DNA of 64,000 bases from contig CBDFJQ010000002.1 of assembly GCA_965248575.1 (NCBI GenBank), forward strand, positions 1,792,001 to 1,856,000, written 5' to 3'. Positions 40,733 to 50,367 of the stretch are shown piece after piece. Under the pieces are notes generated by a model. That model searched no databases. It had not been told where the DNA came from and saw only the letters and a list, made by a program, of their open reading frames with translations. Made by a program: the position numbers and the translations under genes. Within the stretch, counting starts at the first letter, position 1. Every line of letters starts with the position of its first letter. The stretch is from Planctomycetota bacterium. GTDB lineage: Bacteria; Planctomycetota; B15-G4.

Positions 40733-42582
40733 GCAGATCAGGTGCGGCACAGCGCCGGCGCTGGGCAGTGGCGCTGGCGACCGCCTTGGCCAGCTTGGCC
40801 CCCCTGGCTGAGAAATGCACGGCAGGGGCCGGCCCTCAGGACGTGCCCGTCGTGCACGCTGCCCCGATCGCGGAGCTGCTCCCCCAGCCCGGCTCCTGGG
40901 AAGCCGCGGAGGCTGTCTTCCTGCTGGCGGAACACAGCAGCGTGCTCGTGGACGCCAGCGACGCGGAGGCCCATCCCCTGGCTTCGCAGCTGGCAAAGTT
41001 GTTGCGCCGTGTCTCGGGGCACGACGTCCCCATCCGCCTGGGAGAGGTGCGCGACGCGGAGTTCGGCAGTTGGATCCTGCGCCTGCGCCCCGAGCGCACG
41101 GAGTTCGGCGAGGAGGGTTACCGCATCCGCATCGAGCCTGAGCAGCTGCGTCTCGTGGCGGCGACCCGGGCCGGCCTGCTCAACGCCCTGCACACCGTGG
41201 AGCAACTCCTCCCGAGCCAGGCGCCACCGCGTACGGCACCCCGCCGGGACATCCTCCTGCAGTGCCTGCGGGTCGAGGACTCACCCGCTCACCCTGTGCG
41301 CCAGCTCAACCTGCAGCTGGGCAAGCGACGCCCGAGCAAATCGACACTCATGGATCTCGTGCCGCTGCTGGCCCGGCACAAGTTCAACCGCCTGTCGCTC
41401 AGTGGAGATCTGCACGGCTACAAAGCCGACACCCTCGAAGCGCTGCGCCTGGAGTGCCGGAGAACGGGTGTGTTGTTGGCGACGCCAGACCAGGGCCCTG
41501 AAACCCCTGATGGGACAGTCGCGCAACGCGTCCTGCTCGAGGATCCGCGGGCCAAGAGCTGGAGTGCCATGAGCGAAGGCGTCGCGCTCCAACCGGGCAA
41601 CGGCGGCGTCGACGCCCACCTCGCCTACGACGACGTGCCCGAGGGCCAACTGGATGCATGGCTCTGGCCGCGCCTGCTGTGTGTTGCCGAAGCCTTCTGG
41701 TCTTCAGCCGGGGATTCGAAGGCCGGCCCGTCGCCCGCTGCACTGCGCGCGGCGCTGCTGCGGCTGACAGAAGCCCAGGTCCGTTGGCAGCTCCCCACGC
41801 CCGAACTCCTGACGCAGCAAGTGGTGTTCAGCGATTCCCTCGACCTGTCCCAGCGCCTTCAGACGAGCTGTCCCGCTGCAGAGGTCCGCGTGAGCTTTGA
41901 TGGCGAGGCTCCCACGAGCCATTCGGCCCGCCTGCGCGACGAGCTGCCGCTGCGCGAGTCCTGCACGGTGCGTGCTCGCTTGATCCCCATCGGGGCTGCA
42001 GCGCCTGAGCACGCCGGCGAGGAGCTGGTGTTCTCGCTCTGGAAGGAAGCCGCCCGACCGCCGGACATGATGACCCCCGCAGAGCTGACCCCTGGCGTGC
42101 ACTGGGAGACACCCACCGAAGGGCCACTCCACCCGCGCCGCACCCAGCCGGGTCAGCCGTGGCGACCCAGCCCTCTCATCGCCGCGGGGCGTCTCGAACA
42201 ACTGGGCTGTCCCCCGGCCGCCGGTCATGCCTCTGCTTGGTCTCAGTTCGAGGTTCGGTTCGAGGCTTGGTTCGAGGTCGCCCAGGAGGGTGCATACGCC
42301 TTGCGCGCGCTCAGCTCCGGAGAGCTCAGCATGAGACTCGTGCCGGAGCAACTCGTCCAGAACCGCTTTCCGTTCATCGAGGTCCCACTCGTGCCAAAAG
42401 CAGCGCCCACGGAGCGTCCGGCGGAGTTCGTCCTGGCACCCGGGCTGCATCGCATCGAGCTGACCTGGTATCCCGTCTCGGATAGCGACAGCCTCTCGCT
42501 GGAGTGGCTGCGGACAGACCAGCCCTCCGACTGGAACCAAGCCGAATCACTCCCGCTCATGGCTCCTCCGGCAAGCCACTGA
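40729..42582 (+). CDS. Exported GH20 (hexosaminidase)-like protein with degenerate catalytic domain, plus FN3-associated and PA14-like domains
   Basis: LLPQP..., GEEGY.I.I....L...A....GL.NA..T..QL (GH20 N-domain), WPRLL..AE.FWS, SFDG.APT..S, L.PGLHRIEL.W; catalytic motifs missing. Confidence 0.7.
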   Translation: MSRSGAAQRRRWAVALATALASLAPLAEKCTAGAGPQDVPVVHAAPIAELLPQPGSWEAAEAVFLLAEHSSVLVDASDAEAHPLASQLAKLLRRVSGHDVPIRLGEVRDAEFGSWILRLRPERTEFGEEGYRIRIEPEQLRLVAATRAGLLNALHTVEQLLPSQAPPRTAPRRDILLQCLRVEDSPAHPVRQLNLQLGKRRPSKSTLMDLVPLLARHKFNRLSLSGDLHGYKADTLEALRLECRRTGVLLATPDQGPETPDGTVAQRVLLEDPRAKSWSAMSEGVALQPGNGGVDAHLAYDDVPEGQLDAWLWPRLLCVAEAFWSSAGDSKAGPSPAALRAALLRLTEAQVRWQLPTPELLTQQVVFSDSLDLSQRLQTSCPAAEVRVSFDGEAPTSHSARLRDELPLRESCTVRARLIPIGAAAPEHAGEELVFSLWKEAARPPDMMTPAELTPGVHWETPTEGPLHPRRTQPGQPWRPSPLIAAGRLEQLGCPPAAGHASAWSQFEVRFEAWFEVAQEGAYALRALSSGELSMRLVPEQLVQNRFPFIEVPLVPKAAPTERPAEFVLAPGLHRIELTWYPVSDSDSLSLEWLRTDQPSDWNQAESLPLMAPPASH

Positions 42583-42611
42583 GATCGCAGCGCTGACGGC
42601 CGAGGCCCTGC

Positions 42612-45116
42612 TCAGTTCCCGGCGGTCAGCTTCGAGCGGCCCGCCAGCAACGCGACGAGATAGGCAACACCCGCCGCCGCAAAGCTGGTGGAGAAGCCAC
42701 CGGCCATGGCGAGCAGGATGCCCACGACAGAGGCCACCACGGAAGCCCCCCCGTTCACGCCGAAGGCCCAGGGCACGAGCTGCCCCGCCTGACGCTGCAC
42801 CAGCGTCAGGCCCGACGGGAACGGCATGCCCATGAAGAACGCCATGGGCCCAAGCGCCGCGACGGTGATCAGGATGCGCAGGCCGATGGACAGCTTGAGG
42901 GTCAGGTCGAAGAGCATCGGCAAGCCGAAGGCGAAGACAGCCAGCAGCAGGAGCACGGCCACCAAGGCGCGGGCAAGGGTGCGACGCGGGTCCTTGCTCT
43001 TGCCGGCAACCGCGGCTCCCATGGCCGAGAACACCAGGAAGGAGATGAGCACCACGGTGATGGCGTAGCCCGGGTGCCCCAGGAAGAGCACGAAGCGTTG
43101 CATGGCAGCCACTTCGATCAGGATGTACCCCGCACCGAGCCCCATGAAGTAGAGCACCCAGGTTCCGCCACCAGGCACCTTCAGGCCGTCCCGCCGGAAC
43201 AGGAACAACGGCACCAACACGAGCAAGGCCACCAACAAGATCGACTGCCCCAAGACCGTGAGCAGCATGATCAAGCCGATGGGCTTGTCGCCGATGATCT
43301 CGAGGTACTCGGTCCCGACGTCCGATGTCAGTTTCGCATCAGCCCCGACCGGTGCGGTTTGCTCCGGCTCGAAGCCGAACAACTGGGGCAGGACATTCCC
43401 CCACTTGTGATACCGGAAGAAGAACGGGTTGTTGTCGGTCACCGGGTCCAGGTTGTAGAGGTAGCGGTCCCGGTAGGCCTCGTCCGTACCTTCCGCCACG
43501 GCCGCGAAGAAGTCGGGGAATTCGCCCTCCGCCTCCACGCCCGGGGCGTACATCACGAAGAAGGCCGGGCGCGCCGCGCAGAGTTCCTGGTAGCGGGCCA
43601 CCTCGCGGGGCGTGAAGGGACGCTTGCGAATCAACACGGCCGCGTAGTCGAGCCCTTGCACCCGCCCCTCGGAGGTGATGATCTCCTTGCCCTTCCAGCC
43701 GATGACCACGAAGTGCTGTTCGGGAGTCTCTGCGCCATCGCGACGCAGGGCATCCACGGCGATGGCACCCAGGCGCAAGGTCTCGCGCGGCGGATCGAAG
43801 CGGAAGCGCATCACGCCGATCACACCGTCCGGCGTCAGGTGGCTGATGAAGTCATCGTAGGCCTCGGCCGTGTACAGGTAGGACTCGCTCATCACATAGC
43901 TGCCTGACGACAGCGCCGCGTAGGTGTCCGTACCCGTCATCTGGATCAGGTCGTACTTCTCGTCCGAGCGACGCAACCAAGAGCGCCCCTCGTCCACATG
44001 GATGGTGACACCCGGCAGGAAGTAGCGGTCGGCCGTGGCCTCCCGGTACTCGTTGCGCATCAGCGAGGCCGTGGTGCGGTTGATCTCGATGCCCGTGAAG
44101 TCGACGCTCGAGCCGTCAGGATAGGTGCGCTGCGCCTTGGCCTGCAGGATGTCGATGCCACCCCCGATGCCGATGGCCAGAACCTTGGGAGCCGTCTTCT
44201 CGAAGAGCAGGTATCCCAGGCCTTCCTTGGCGGCGATGTCCGTGCTCAGGTGCATGGGCCCCATGGGCAGCACCGTGGGGGCATCGCCGTCCTGGTAGAC
44301 GGTGCGCCTTTCGTTGGGCGCGTCGGGGCCCGGACCCACCACATCGAGACGGCACAGCGGATCCCAAGCCGTGCGCTCCACCCGTAGACGCGGGTCGAGC
44401 TTCATGGTCTGGGACATGACCTTGTTGGCAGCCACAGGCACTTCGAAGAGCGCCTTGGGCGACACGACAGAGAGCACGAGGCTGGCCACGGCGAGCACTC
44501 CGCCGACCATCTTCAGGCCCTTGCGTTCCCCGCTCAGCATGGCGGCACCGATGAAGGTGACGGCCGCTGCGAACAACACGGCCCCTTCACCACCCAGGCC
44601 TCGCAAGACCGGGACGTAGATGGCACAGCCGAGCGCCGAGCCACCCATGTTCCAGGCGTACACCCGACCGATGCTGCCGTGGGAGTCCGAAAGAGCCAGG
44701 GCGATCACAACACCGCCGAAGACCATGGGCAGGATCAGCACGCTGTACTGGAAGGCCGCCACCGCCAAGCCCGCCGTCCCCATGGAGGACTCGGGCAGGG
44801 CACGCGTGATCAGCGCGTAGGAGGCCAAGGTCGTGAGGCCAAACATGGTGGCGAAGACAGACAGCCGCCCTGCGACCCCGGACTTCAACCACTTGGGCTT
44901 GCAAGCCAGCAGGGCACCGCCTGCAGCGAAGCCCAACAGTGTGAAGGTCACCACCAGGTAGGTCAGGTGGTGCCACAACATGGGTGACAGGATCCGCGTG
45001 TGTACGAGCTGCAACAACAGCACGGAAGCGGAGACGAGAGCCACACCGGGCAGCCGGAGCCCTGGCAACGGCGCCGACCCAGCCGCGTCGGGCTGGGAGG
45101 AGTCAGATGAAGTCAT
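42612..45116 (-). CDS. Polytopic membrane protein with spermidine-synthase-like SAM domain
   Basis: N- and C-terminal TM bundles flank VLAIGIGGG.D, GIEIN, DEGRSWL, YDLIQ, ESYLYT.EA; MGMPFP.G, WAFGVNG. Confidence 0.8.
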   Translation of the reverse strand: MTSSDSSQPDAAGSAPLPGLRLPGVALVSASVLLLQLVHTRILSPMLWHHLTYLVVTFTLLGFAAGGALLACKPKWLKSGVAGRLSVFATMFGLTTLASYALITRALPESSMGTAGLAVAAFQYSVLILPMVFGGVVIALALSDSHGSIGRVYAWNMGGSALGCAIYVPVLRGLGGEGAVLFAAAVTFIGAAMLSGERKGLKMVGGVLAVASLVLSVVSPKALFEVPVAANKVMSQTMKLDPRLRVERTAWDPLCRLDVVGPGPDAPNERRTVYQDGDAPTVLPMGPMHLSTDIAAKEGLGYLLFEKTAPKVLAIGIGGGIDILQAKAQRTYPDGSSVDFTGIEINRTTASLMRNEYREATADRYFLPGVTIHVDEGRSWLRRSDEKYDLIQMTGTDTYAALSSGSYVMSESYLYTAEAYDDFISHLTPDGVIGVMRFRFDPPRETLRLGAIAVDALRRDGAETPEQHFVVIGWKGKEIITSEGRVQGLDYAAVLIRKRPFTPREVARYQELCAARPAFFVMYAPGVEAEGEFPDFFAAVAEGTDEAYRDRYLYNLDPVTDNNPFFFRYHKWGNVLPQLFGFEPEQTAPVGADAKLTSDVGTEYLEIIGDKPIGLIMLLTVLGQSILLVALLVLVPLFLFRRDGLKVPGGGTWVLYFMGLGAGYILIEVAAMQRFVLFLGHPGYAITVVLISFLVFSAMGAAVAGKSKDPRRTLARALVAVLLLLAVFAFGLPMLFDLTLKLSIGLRILITVAALGPMAFFMGMPFPSGLTLVQRQAGQLVPWAFGVNGGASVVASVVGILLAMAGGFSTSFAAAGVAYLVALLAGRSKLTAGN

Positions 45117-45231
45117 GGGCGTCGCGTGTGCCGTCCGGGAACGGGGGAGATCGAAAGCCGACCCCAAATGGTAGTGCGTACGGCCCGAGAGTCCATTTCT
45201 GCCCTCAGATGGAGTCCGATTCCCGCTCCTT

Positions 45232-47376
45232 TCAGCCGTCGCGCTTGGGCTGGCGAGACCTCAGATACTCCTCCACCGTGGGGTGAGCCGCGGCCGCCCC
45301 CCGCCCCGCACGTCGCAGGGCTCCTCCGAGGCGCTGCACCAGCACGTCCTCCAAGAGGTCCAGGTACTGCAGGGCAACCCCAGGATCACAGCCCTGGGGA
45401 CCGTCGATCTCCCGCCCGGCAGCCAGATCCAGATCCAGCATGGCCTGGGCACTTGCCCGGGGTGAGCCGTAGCGGCCATCGCCGTCCACGTCCAGGTACA
45501 CCGGATTGGTGGCCGCCAAGGTGTAATCGTTCACCAGGGGAAACCAGGGCCCGTCGATCCCGTCCCCGAGCACGACGCACACCACCCAGGCGTCGTGGCC
45601 CAGTCCCCGGAAGGCCTCATGGGCATCGGCTGATCCGGCTTGCAGCTGCAGAGCGAAGTCGAGGGTCACGTCCGTGGGCTCACCCGGGGTGGTGGGCACG
45701 AGTCGAGTGGCCACCAGATCACCGTTACTGAACACCAGCGCCTCCCGCGGCAACACCCAAGACGGCGCCGCCACGCGCAGCGATACCGACAGCGTTCCTC
45801 CAGCTGCCCGCACGACCGTGCCCGGGCCCCCGGCGCTGGGAGTCGCCCCCGGGCGTTCGGCCCCTGCTTCGCTCATGCGGACGTCCACGAAGAAGCCCAT
45901 GCCCAGGGTGGTCTGGCCCGCCGCCATCGCCTGGCACGCGGCGTCCACATCGATGGCGGCAGGATCGTCCGTGGTGCTGGGGACGTAGGTGCGCCCTGCG
46001 CCCACCACGCCAGCGACCGTGTGGGAGTCCGAGCTGCCCACGGCCGAGATCGGCTCGCCCCGGTTGAGCAGACCGAACCAGTCGTGGAAGAGGCTGAGCG
46101 GCTTCGGCTCGTGGGTCTGGGAGTTCACCAGCTCCATGGCGTCGAACAGGAAGGGCGTGTCCGCAGCACGACGACCTGTCGCCGGGACGTAGTCGAGCAC
46201 ACCGAAGGGACCCTTCTCGTGGGATGGCCAGCGGGGGTGGTTCAAGATGACCACCTGCGCCCCTTTGCTGCGCATTCCTGCGACGAGCTGCTTCCAGTCC
46301 GTTCCCTTCTCGGTGGGCCGCTCCTCAGTCGGGTCGAGGGGGAAGGCGTTGAAGTGCCCCACGCTCGTGGTCACCTCGTTGCCCGTGACCGGCGTGAACC
46401 ACTCTCCCGTGCCCGTCGCCCATTGCGCCGGCCTGTAGTCGGTGTTGTGGTCGTGGTCCGTGGCGATGGCCAGCTCGACCCCCTCGCCCGCCAGGGTCAC
46501 CATGCGCTCTTCCAGATTCGCGTCACCATGCCCGCTGAATGTCAGGGTGTGGATGTGCGTGTCGGCAGCCACAAAGCCGCTGGTGTCGACTTCCCGGCGG
46601 ATGCTGAAGGTCAGCCCTTCCGGCTCGTCGCCCAGCTCGAGCATCGCCGACCCAAGACCCCATTCGGTGCCGCGCGTTGCCCAGAGCTGGTAACGCCCCT
46701 TGGGAAGCTCCAGATGCCCCGAGCCTTCCCCCACGTACAAGACACCAGGGCGGACGGCCGTGCGCTCGGACTCGGCTTCGTAGATCGTGGCCAACTGCCC
46801 TTGCTCATCCACGACGGTAACGCGCGCTGGCAACGGCTTCCCGCTGTCCGCATCCACGACTTGCACCTCCACCGACTGGAGGTCGAGGTACTCCCGCAGG
46901 GGCTGCTCGATCAACCGCACATGGCCCACGGTGATGTCGTCCGTGGTCGTGCTGGGAACCAGCAGCAACACGTTCTGGCCGGGGACCAGGGAGCCCGGGG
47001 GCAGGCGGTAGCAGACGTCCACCAGCTCCAGCTTCCGCTCCAGCTGGGCGATCTTGCGCCCGTTCAGGAGCACGGCCCAGGCGTCGTTCACGTGGCGCTG
47101 GGTCAGGACCAGGACGTGTTCCCGGAGGTTCGAGGTCGCCTCGAAGAGCAGCTCGTAGCGGCCCGGCTGGGGCGCTGCGGGAGCCTCCTGCCACTCCGGG
47201 GTGTCCGTATCCCCATGGTGGTGCATCTCCGGATCGAGCATCCGCTCCTGAGCCGTCGCCCCCTGCAGCGAACTCAGGAGGAAGAGAGTGAGGCTTGCGC
47301 TCGTCCAAAGGCCCGCCGAACGACGGGCCCTTCCTGAGGATGTGCCGTGGCTTGGGTCCGCCTGATCGGTTTTCAT
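45232..47376 (-). CDS. Exported CehA/McbA-family (PHP-fold) metallohydrolase
   Basis: Signal peptide; ADTHIHT..SGHGD, ATDHD, GNEVT..GHFNAFP, NHPR, SDSH, TNPV. Confidence 0.8.
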   Translation of the reverse strand: MKTDQADPSHGTSSGRARRSAGLWTSASLTLFLLSSLQGATAQERMLDPEMHHHGDTDTPEWQEAPAAPQPGRYELLFEATSNLREHVLVLTQRHVNDAWAVLLNGRKIAQLERKLELVDVCYRLPPGSLVPGQNVLLLVPSTTTDDITVGHVRLIEQPLREYLDLQSVEVQVVDADSGKPLPARVTVVDEQGQLATIYEAESERTAVRPGVLYVGEGSGHLELPKGRYQLWATRGTEWGLGSAMLELGDEPEGLTFSIRREVDTSGFVAADTHIHTLTFSGHGDANLEERMVTLAGEGVELAIATDHDHNTDYRPAQWATGTGEWFTPVTGNEVTTSVGHFNAFPLDPTEERPTEKGTDWKQLVAGMRSKGAQVVILNHPRWPSHEKGPFGVLDYVPATGRRAADTPFLFDAMELVNSQTHEPKPLSLFHDWFGLLNRGEPISAVGSSDSHTVAGVVGAGRTYVPSTTDDPAAIDVDAACQAMAAGQTTLGMGFFVDVRMSEAGAERPGATPSAGGPGTVVRAAGGTLSVSLRVAAPSWVLPREALVFSNGDLVATRLVPTTPGEPTDVTLDFALQLQAGSADAHEAFRGLGHDAWVVCVVLGDGIDGPWFPLVNDYTLAATNPVYLDVDGDGRYGSPRASAQAMLDLDLAAGREIDGPQGCDPGVALQYLDLLEDVLVQRLGGALRRAGRGAAAAHPTVEEYLRSRQPKRDG

Positions 47377-47546
47377 GGGGGGCGATCATAGCCAGTCCTA
47401 CCCGGAACCGCCCCCGCTGCAGAGACGAGCTGCAAAGCCGAGCTGTAGACCCGTGACTCCGGGAGCCTCTCACCCCTGATCGGTAGACTCCAACCCCGGG
47501 CGAGGTCGTCCGCCACGCCTCGCTTCGACACCCACTCGAGATCGCC

Positions 47547-49259
47547 ATGTCCGCTTCGAGACGCCGCTCCCACCCCTGCTTGCTTCTCAGCTGGGCGTTC
47601 GCCGCATTCACCGTTCCGGCCTTCGCCGGCGACAACCTCGCGGTCTACACCATGAATGACCGGGGCTTGTTGTCCGTGGGTGGCACGGTGCTCGAGAAGC
47701 TCAAGAGCGGCTTCGACCCCTCCGAGGACCCGGTCGTCAAGCCGGAGCAGCAATGGGTGGACCTGGAGGTCGTGGGCAGCGACCGCTGGACCCTGCGCCG
47801 GGACGGCCGCATCGAGGAGAACGGCAGCAAGCTGCGGGTCCTGCCCTTCGACATCACCACCAACGCCACGTGGCTGCAGCTGGCTCGCTCGGACGCCCTC
47901 TACGCCCTGCGCAGCGATGGCATGCTCGCCCAAGACGACCTCACGGACGTGACCTACCCGCCCTACAACTTCGCCTTCCTGGATCTGGTCGCCCCGCCGG
48001 TCGACCCCTTCCTGAACGGCCCCGACGTCTTCGCCCTGCGCTCTGACGGAGGCGTCTTCGGCTCCACGACGACCACCCCCGGCATCGTGTTGGTAGGCGG
48101 CCCCGGCGTGCGCAACAGCGCCGGCACTCCGGGCAGCCCAGATGGGGAGTTCTTCGACACCGTCTGGGTGGCGTGTGCCGTGGACCCCAGCACCGACGAG
48201 ATCTACGCCCTGCGAGCCGACGGGCGGGTGCACTCCTTCGACTGGGAGGACTTCGACGCCAGCAGCGGCGTCGACCCAGCCGCCCCCCCGCCTCCGCCAG
48301 GCGGCGGAATCGGCCCGCCGGCGGGCGTCGAACAGGCGAACCTGCCGTTCCCTGACACCTTGCTGTTCACCCTGGGTGACCTCTACATCGACATCGCCTT
48401 CGATGAGGACGGCACCTGGTATGTCCTGCGCCAGGACGGTGCCGTCTTCAGGTCCGACGACGACGTGAACCCGTTGGTGCTCCTGCCCGGCGACGGCATC
48501 GACCCCGAGAAGACCTTCGTCGACCTGGCCGTGCTGGGTGGCGTCGTGCGCGTGCTGCGCTACGACGGCAGCCTCTACGACGAGACCGGCGCCCTGCTGC
48601 TGAACCTGCAGAAGAAGCGCTACCTCAACATCTGCCTCAGCGAGGACCCGCCAGACCTCTCGAACTTCAAGAACCGCAAGCCGGTCACGAGCGTCTACAA
48701 GCCCATCGTGCTCGAGAACCAGGCCCTGACCCTGCCGATCATCGTAGCGGACGTGGACAAGCTGTCCGAAGACCTCGACGTCCTGGTGGACCTGAGCTTG
48801 CTTCCTGGCGCCAGCTACGACCCCATCACCCGCGTGGTGAGCTGGCCGGGCGGCCCGGCCGGCAAGTACCGCATCACCGTCAGCGCTGACGACGGCTTGC
48901 TCAAGAAGCCGAAAAAGTCCAAGTACAGCGTGCGGGTGGTGCCAGCCGACACGGTGCCCGAGAAGAACAGGCCACCGAACGTCACCAAGGTCAAGAAGGT
49001 GCTGGCGCTGGTGGGCATCGAGAGCACTGTGCCGCTCCTGGCCATCGACCGCGATGGCGACACCCTCACCTTCAGCGTGGACAACCAGGCGGGCATCTTC
49101 GCACGCGGTGCAATCTTTGATGCCAACACGGCCACCATCACGTGGACACCTGCCTTCGACGATGTGGGCAAGTGGAAGGCCGTGGTGTTCGTCAGCGACG
49201 GCACCAAGACCAAGAAGCTCAAGTTGAAGTTCGAGGTGGCCAGCCCCCTGATCTTCTGA
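47547..49259 (+). CDS. Exported protein: putative 7-bladed beta-propeller plus two Ig/cadherin-like domains
   Basis: Signal ending AFA|G; seven (Y/W/F)xLRxDG-type repeats; ADVD..., AIDRDGDTLTF, ITWTP, VSDG. Confidence 0.75.
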   Translation: MSASRRRSHPCLLLSWAFAAFTVPAFAGDNLAVYTMNDRGLLSVGGTVLEKLKSGFDPSEDPVVKPEQQWVDLEVVGSDRWTLRRDGRIEENGSKLRVLPFDITTNATWLQLARSDALYALRSDGMLAQDDLTDVTYPPYNFAFLDLVAPPVDPFLNGPDVFALRSDGGVFGSTTTTPGIVLVGGPGVRNSAGTPGSPDGEFFDTVWVACAVDPSTDEIYALRADGRVHSFDWEDFDASSGVDPAAPPPPPGGGIGPPAGVEQANLPFPDTLLFTLGDLYIDIAFDEDGTWYVLRQDGAVFRSDDDVNPLVLLPGDGIDPEKTFVDLAVLGGVVRVLRYDGSLYDETGALLLNLQKKRYLNICLSEDPPDLSNFKNRKPVTSVYKPIVLENQALTLPIIVADVDKLSEDLDVLVDLSLLPGASYDPITRVVSWPGGPAGKYRITVSADDGLLKKPKKSKYSVRVVPADTVPEKNRPPNVTKVKKVLALVGIESTVPLLAIDRDGDTLTFSVDNQAGIFARGAIFDANTATITWTPAFDDVGKWKAVVFVSDGTKTKKLKLKFEVASPLIF

Positions 49260-49302
49260 GGCCCTGGTGAGGCCCTGGTCAAACCGCGCGCGGGGACCGT
49301 CG

Positions 49303-50247
49303 TCAGTGGTGCTCGGGAGGGCTTCGCTCGCCTGCGGGGATGGCGATGTCCAACCGGTTGCTGGCCGGCGGCAAGGGACATGTGGTGAACGGGCTGAACG
49401 CGCAGGGCGGGTTGTAGGCCCGGTTGAAGTCCAGCACCAGGCGCCCCTCTTCGTCGGGCGCAGGCAGCGAGAGGAAGCGGCCGCCGCCGTAGCTCCCGTC
49501 GCCATTGCTGGCGTCGCCGAAGATCAGCGCCAGGGACTCAGGGCCTGAGCCCGTGGGGTGAAGCACGAGCTGCCTGCCATCGATCTCGAACAGCAGGACC
49601 CCGGGCGTCACATCGTCATAGGCGGAGCCCAGGATGTTCGGCACGTCGACCGCCTTGGGTTCAGCATGGGGCACGAAGCGAGCGTCCACGCGCCAGACCT
49701 CCTGCGGGTCAAACCAATCGGTGCCCGCGAAAGACGCCAACACGGGGCTCTGGGGATCGCGCACCCGAATGCCCAGCCGCCCAGCCCGTTCGATGACCCA
49801 GAACACACGCTGCCCCACGTGCACGCGGGTGGGTGCCCCGCTCGTATCGCTCGCGAGTTCGCGTCGGCCCGCGGCGGGCGACGTCTCGTCATCGAAACGG
49901 ACCGACTCCCCCGGGCTCAACTCGAAGCTGACCGCGTCCCCCTCCAACACGAGATCCCCCAACCTGTGCGGCACATCGTCGCCGCCGAGTTTCAGGGCAG
50001 AGTCGGCGCCCGAACCCACGCTGTTACGCCCAGGTTCCAGCCAGAGCAAGTGGCTGATGGCCAGATAGCCTTCCGGGCTGCGCAGTCGCTGCTCACGGGA
50101 GTCCCGCCAACTCAAGAGCTCGCTGCGCCATGCCTCGGCGTTCCACTCGAAGGCTGCGACGTCATCGCCTGAGTCCACGGCCTGCAGTGAGGAACACGCC
50201 GTGACCGCGGCCAGGGTCACTCCCGCCCAAAGCACTCGAACACCCAT
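49303..50247 (-). CDS. DUF1684-family lipoprotein
   Basis: Lipobox VTAC; F.D..NG..SYGGGRFL, LDFNRAYNPPCAFSPF.TCPLPP..N.L...I.AGE. Confidence 0.88.
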   Translation of the reverse strand: MGVRVLWAGVTLAAVTACSSLQAVDSGDDVAAFEWNAEAWRSELLSWRDSREQRLRSPEGYLAISHLLWLEPGRNSVGSGADSALKLGGDDVPHRLGDLVLEGDAVSFELSPGESVRFDDETSPAAGRRELASDTSGAPTRVHVGQRVFWVIERAGRLGIRVRDPQSPVLASFAGTDWFDPQEVWRVDARFVPHAEPKAVDVPNILGSAYDDVTPGVLLFEIDGRQLVLHPTGSGPESLALIFGDASNGDGSYGGGRFLSLPAPDEEGRLVLDFNRAYNPPCAFSPFTTCPLPPASNRLDIAIPAGERSPPEHH

Positions 50248-50367
50248 GCAGCACCTCCTGGAATCGAATCGAATCGACCGCGACTTCCCGCGCGCGTTCG
50301 CGGCCGGCGGAGCCTAACATGCCTCCCCCAGCACGCCTCCCCACCCCGATGCCCAGAGCAGCCACCC

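Noticed and set aside
47373..49505. 710-aa minus-strand ORF and many other long overlapping ORFs (e.g. 13988-15829, 45640-47337, 37872-39386)
   Set aside because: Shadow ORFs typical of high-GC DNA, with Arg/Pro/Ala-rich or antisense-style composition; each overlaps a motif-supported gene
50261..50276. GAATC x3 pentamer repeat
   Set aside because: Too short to indicate phase variation or an array; seen only once
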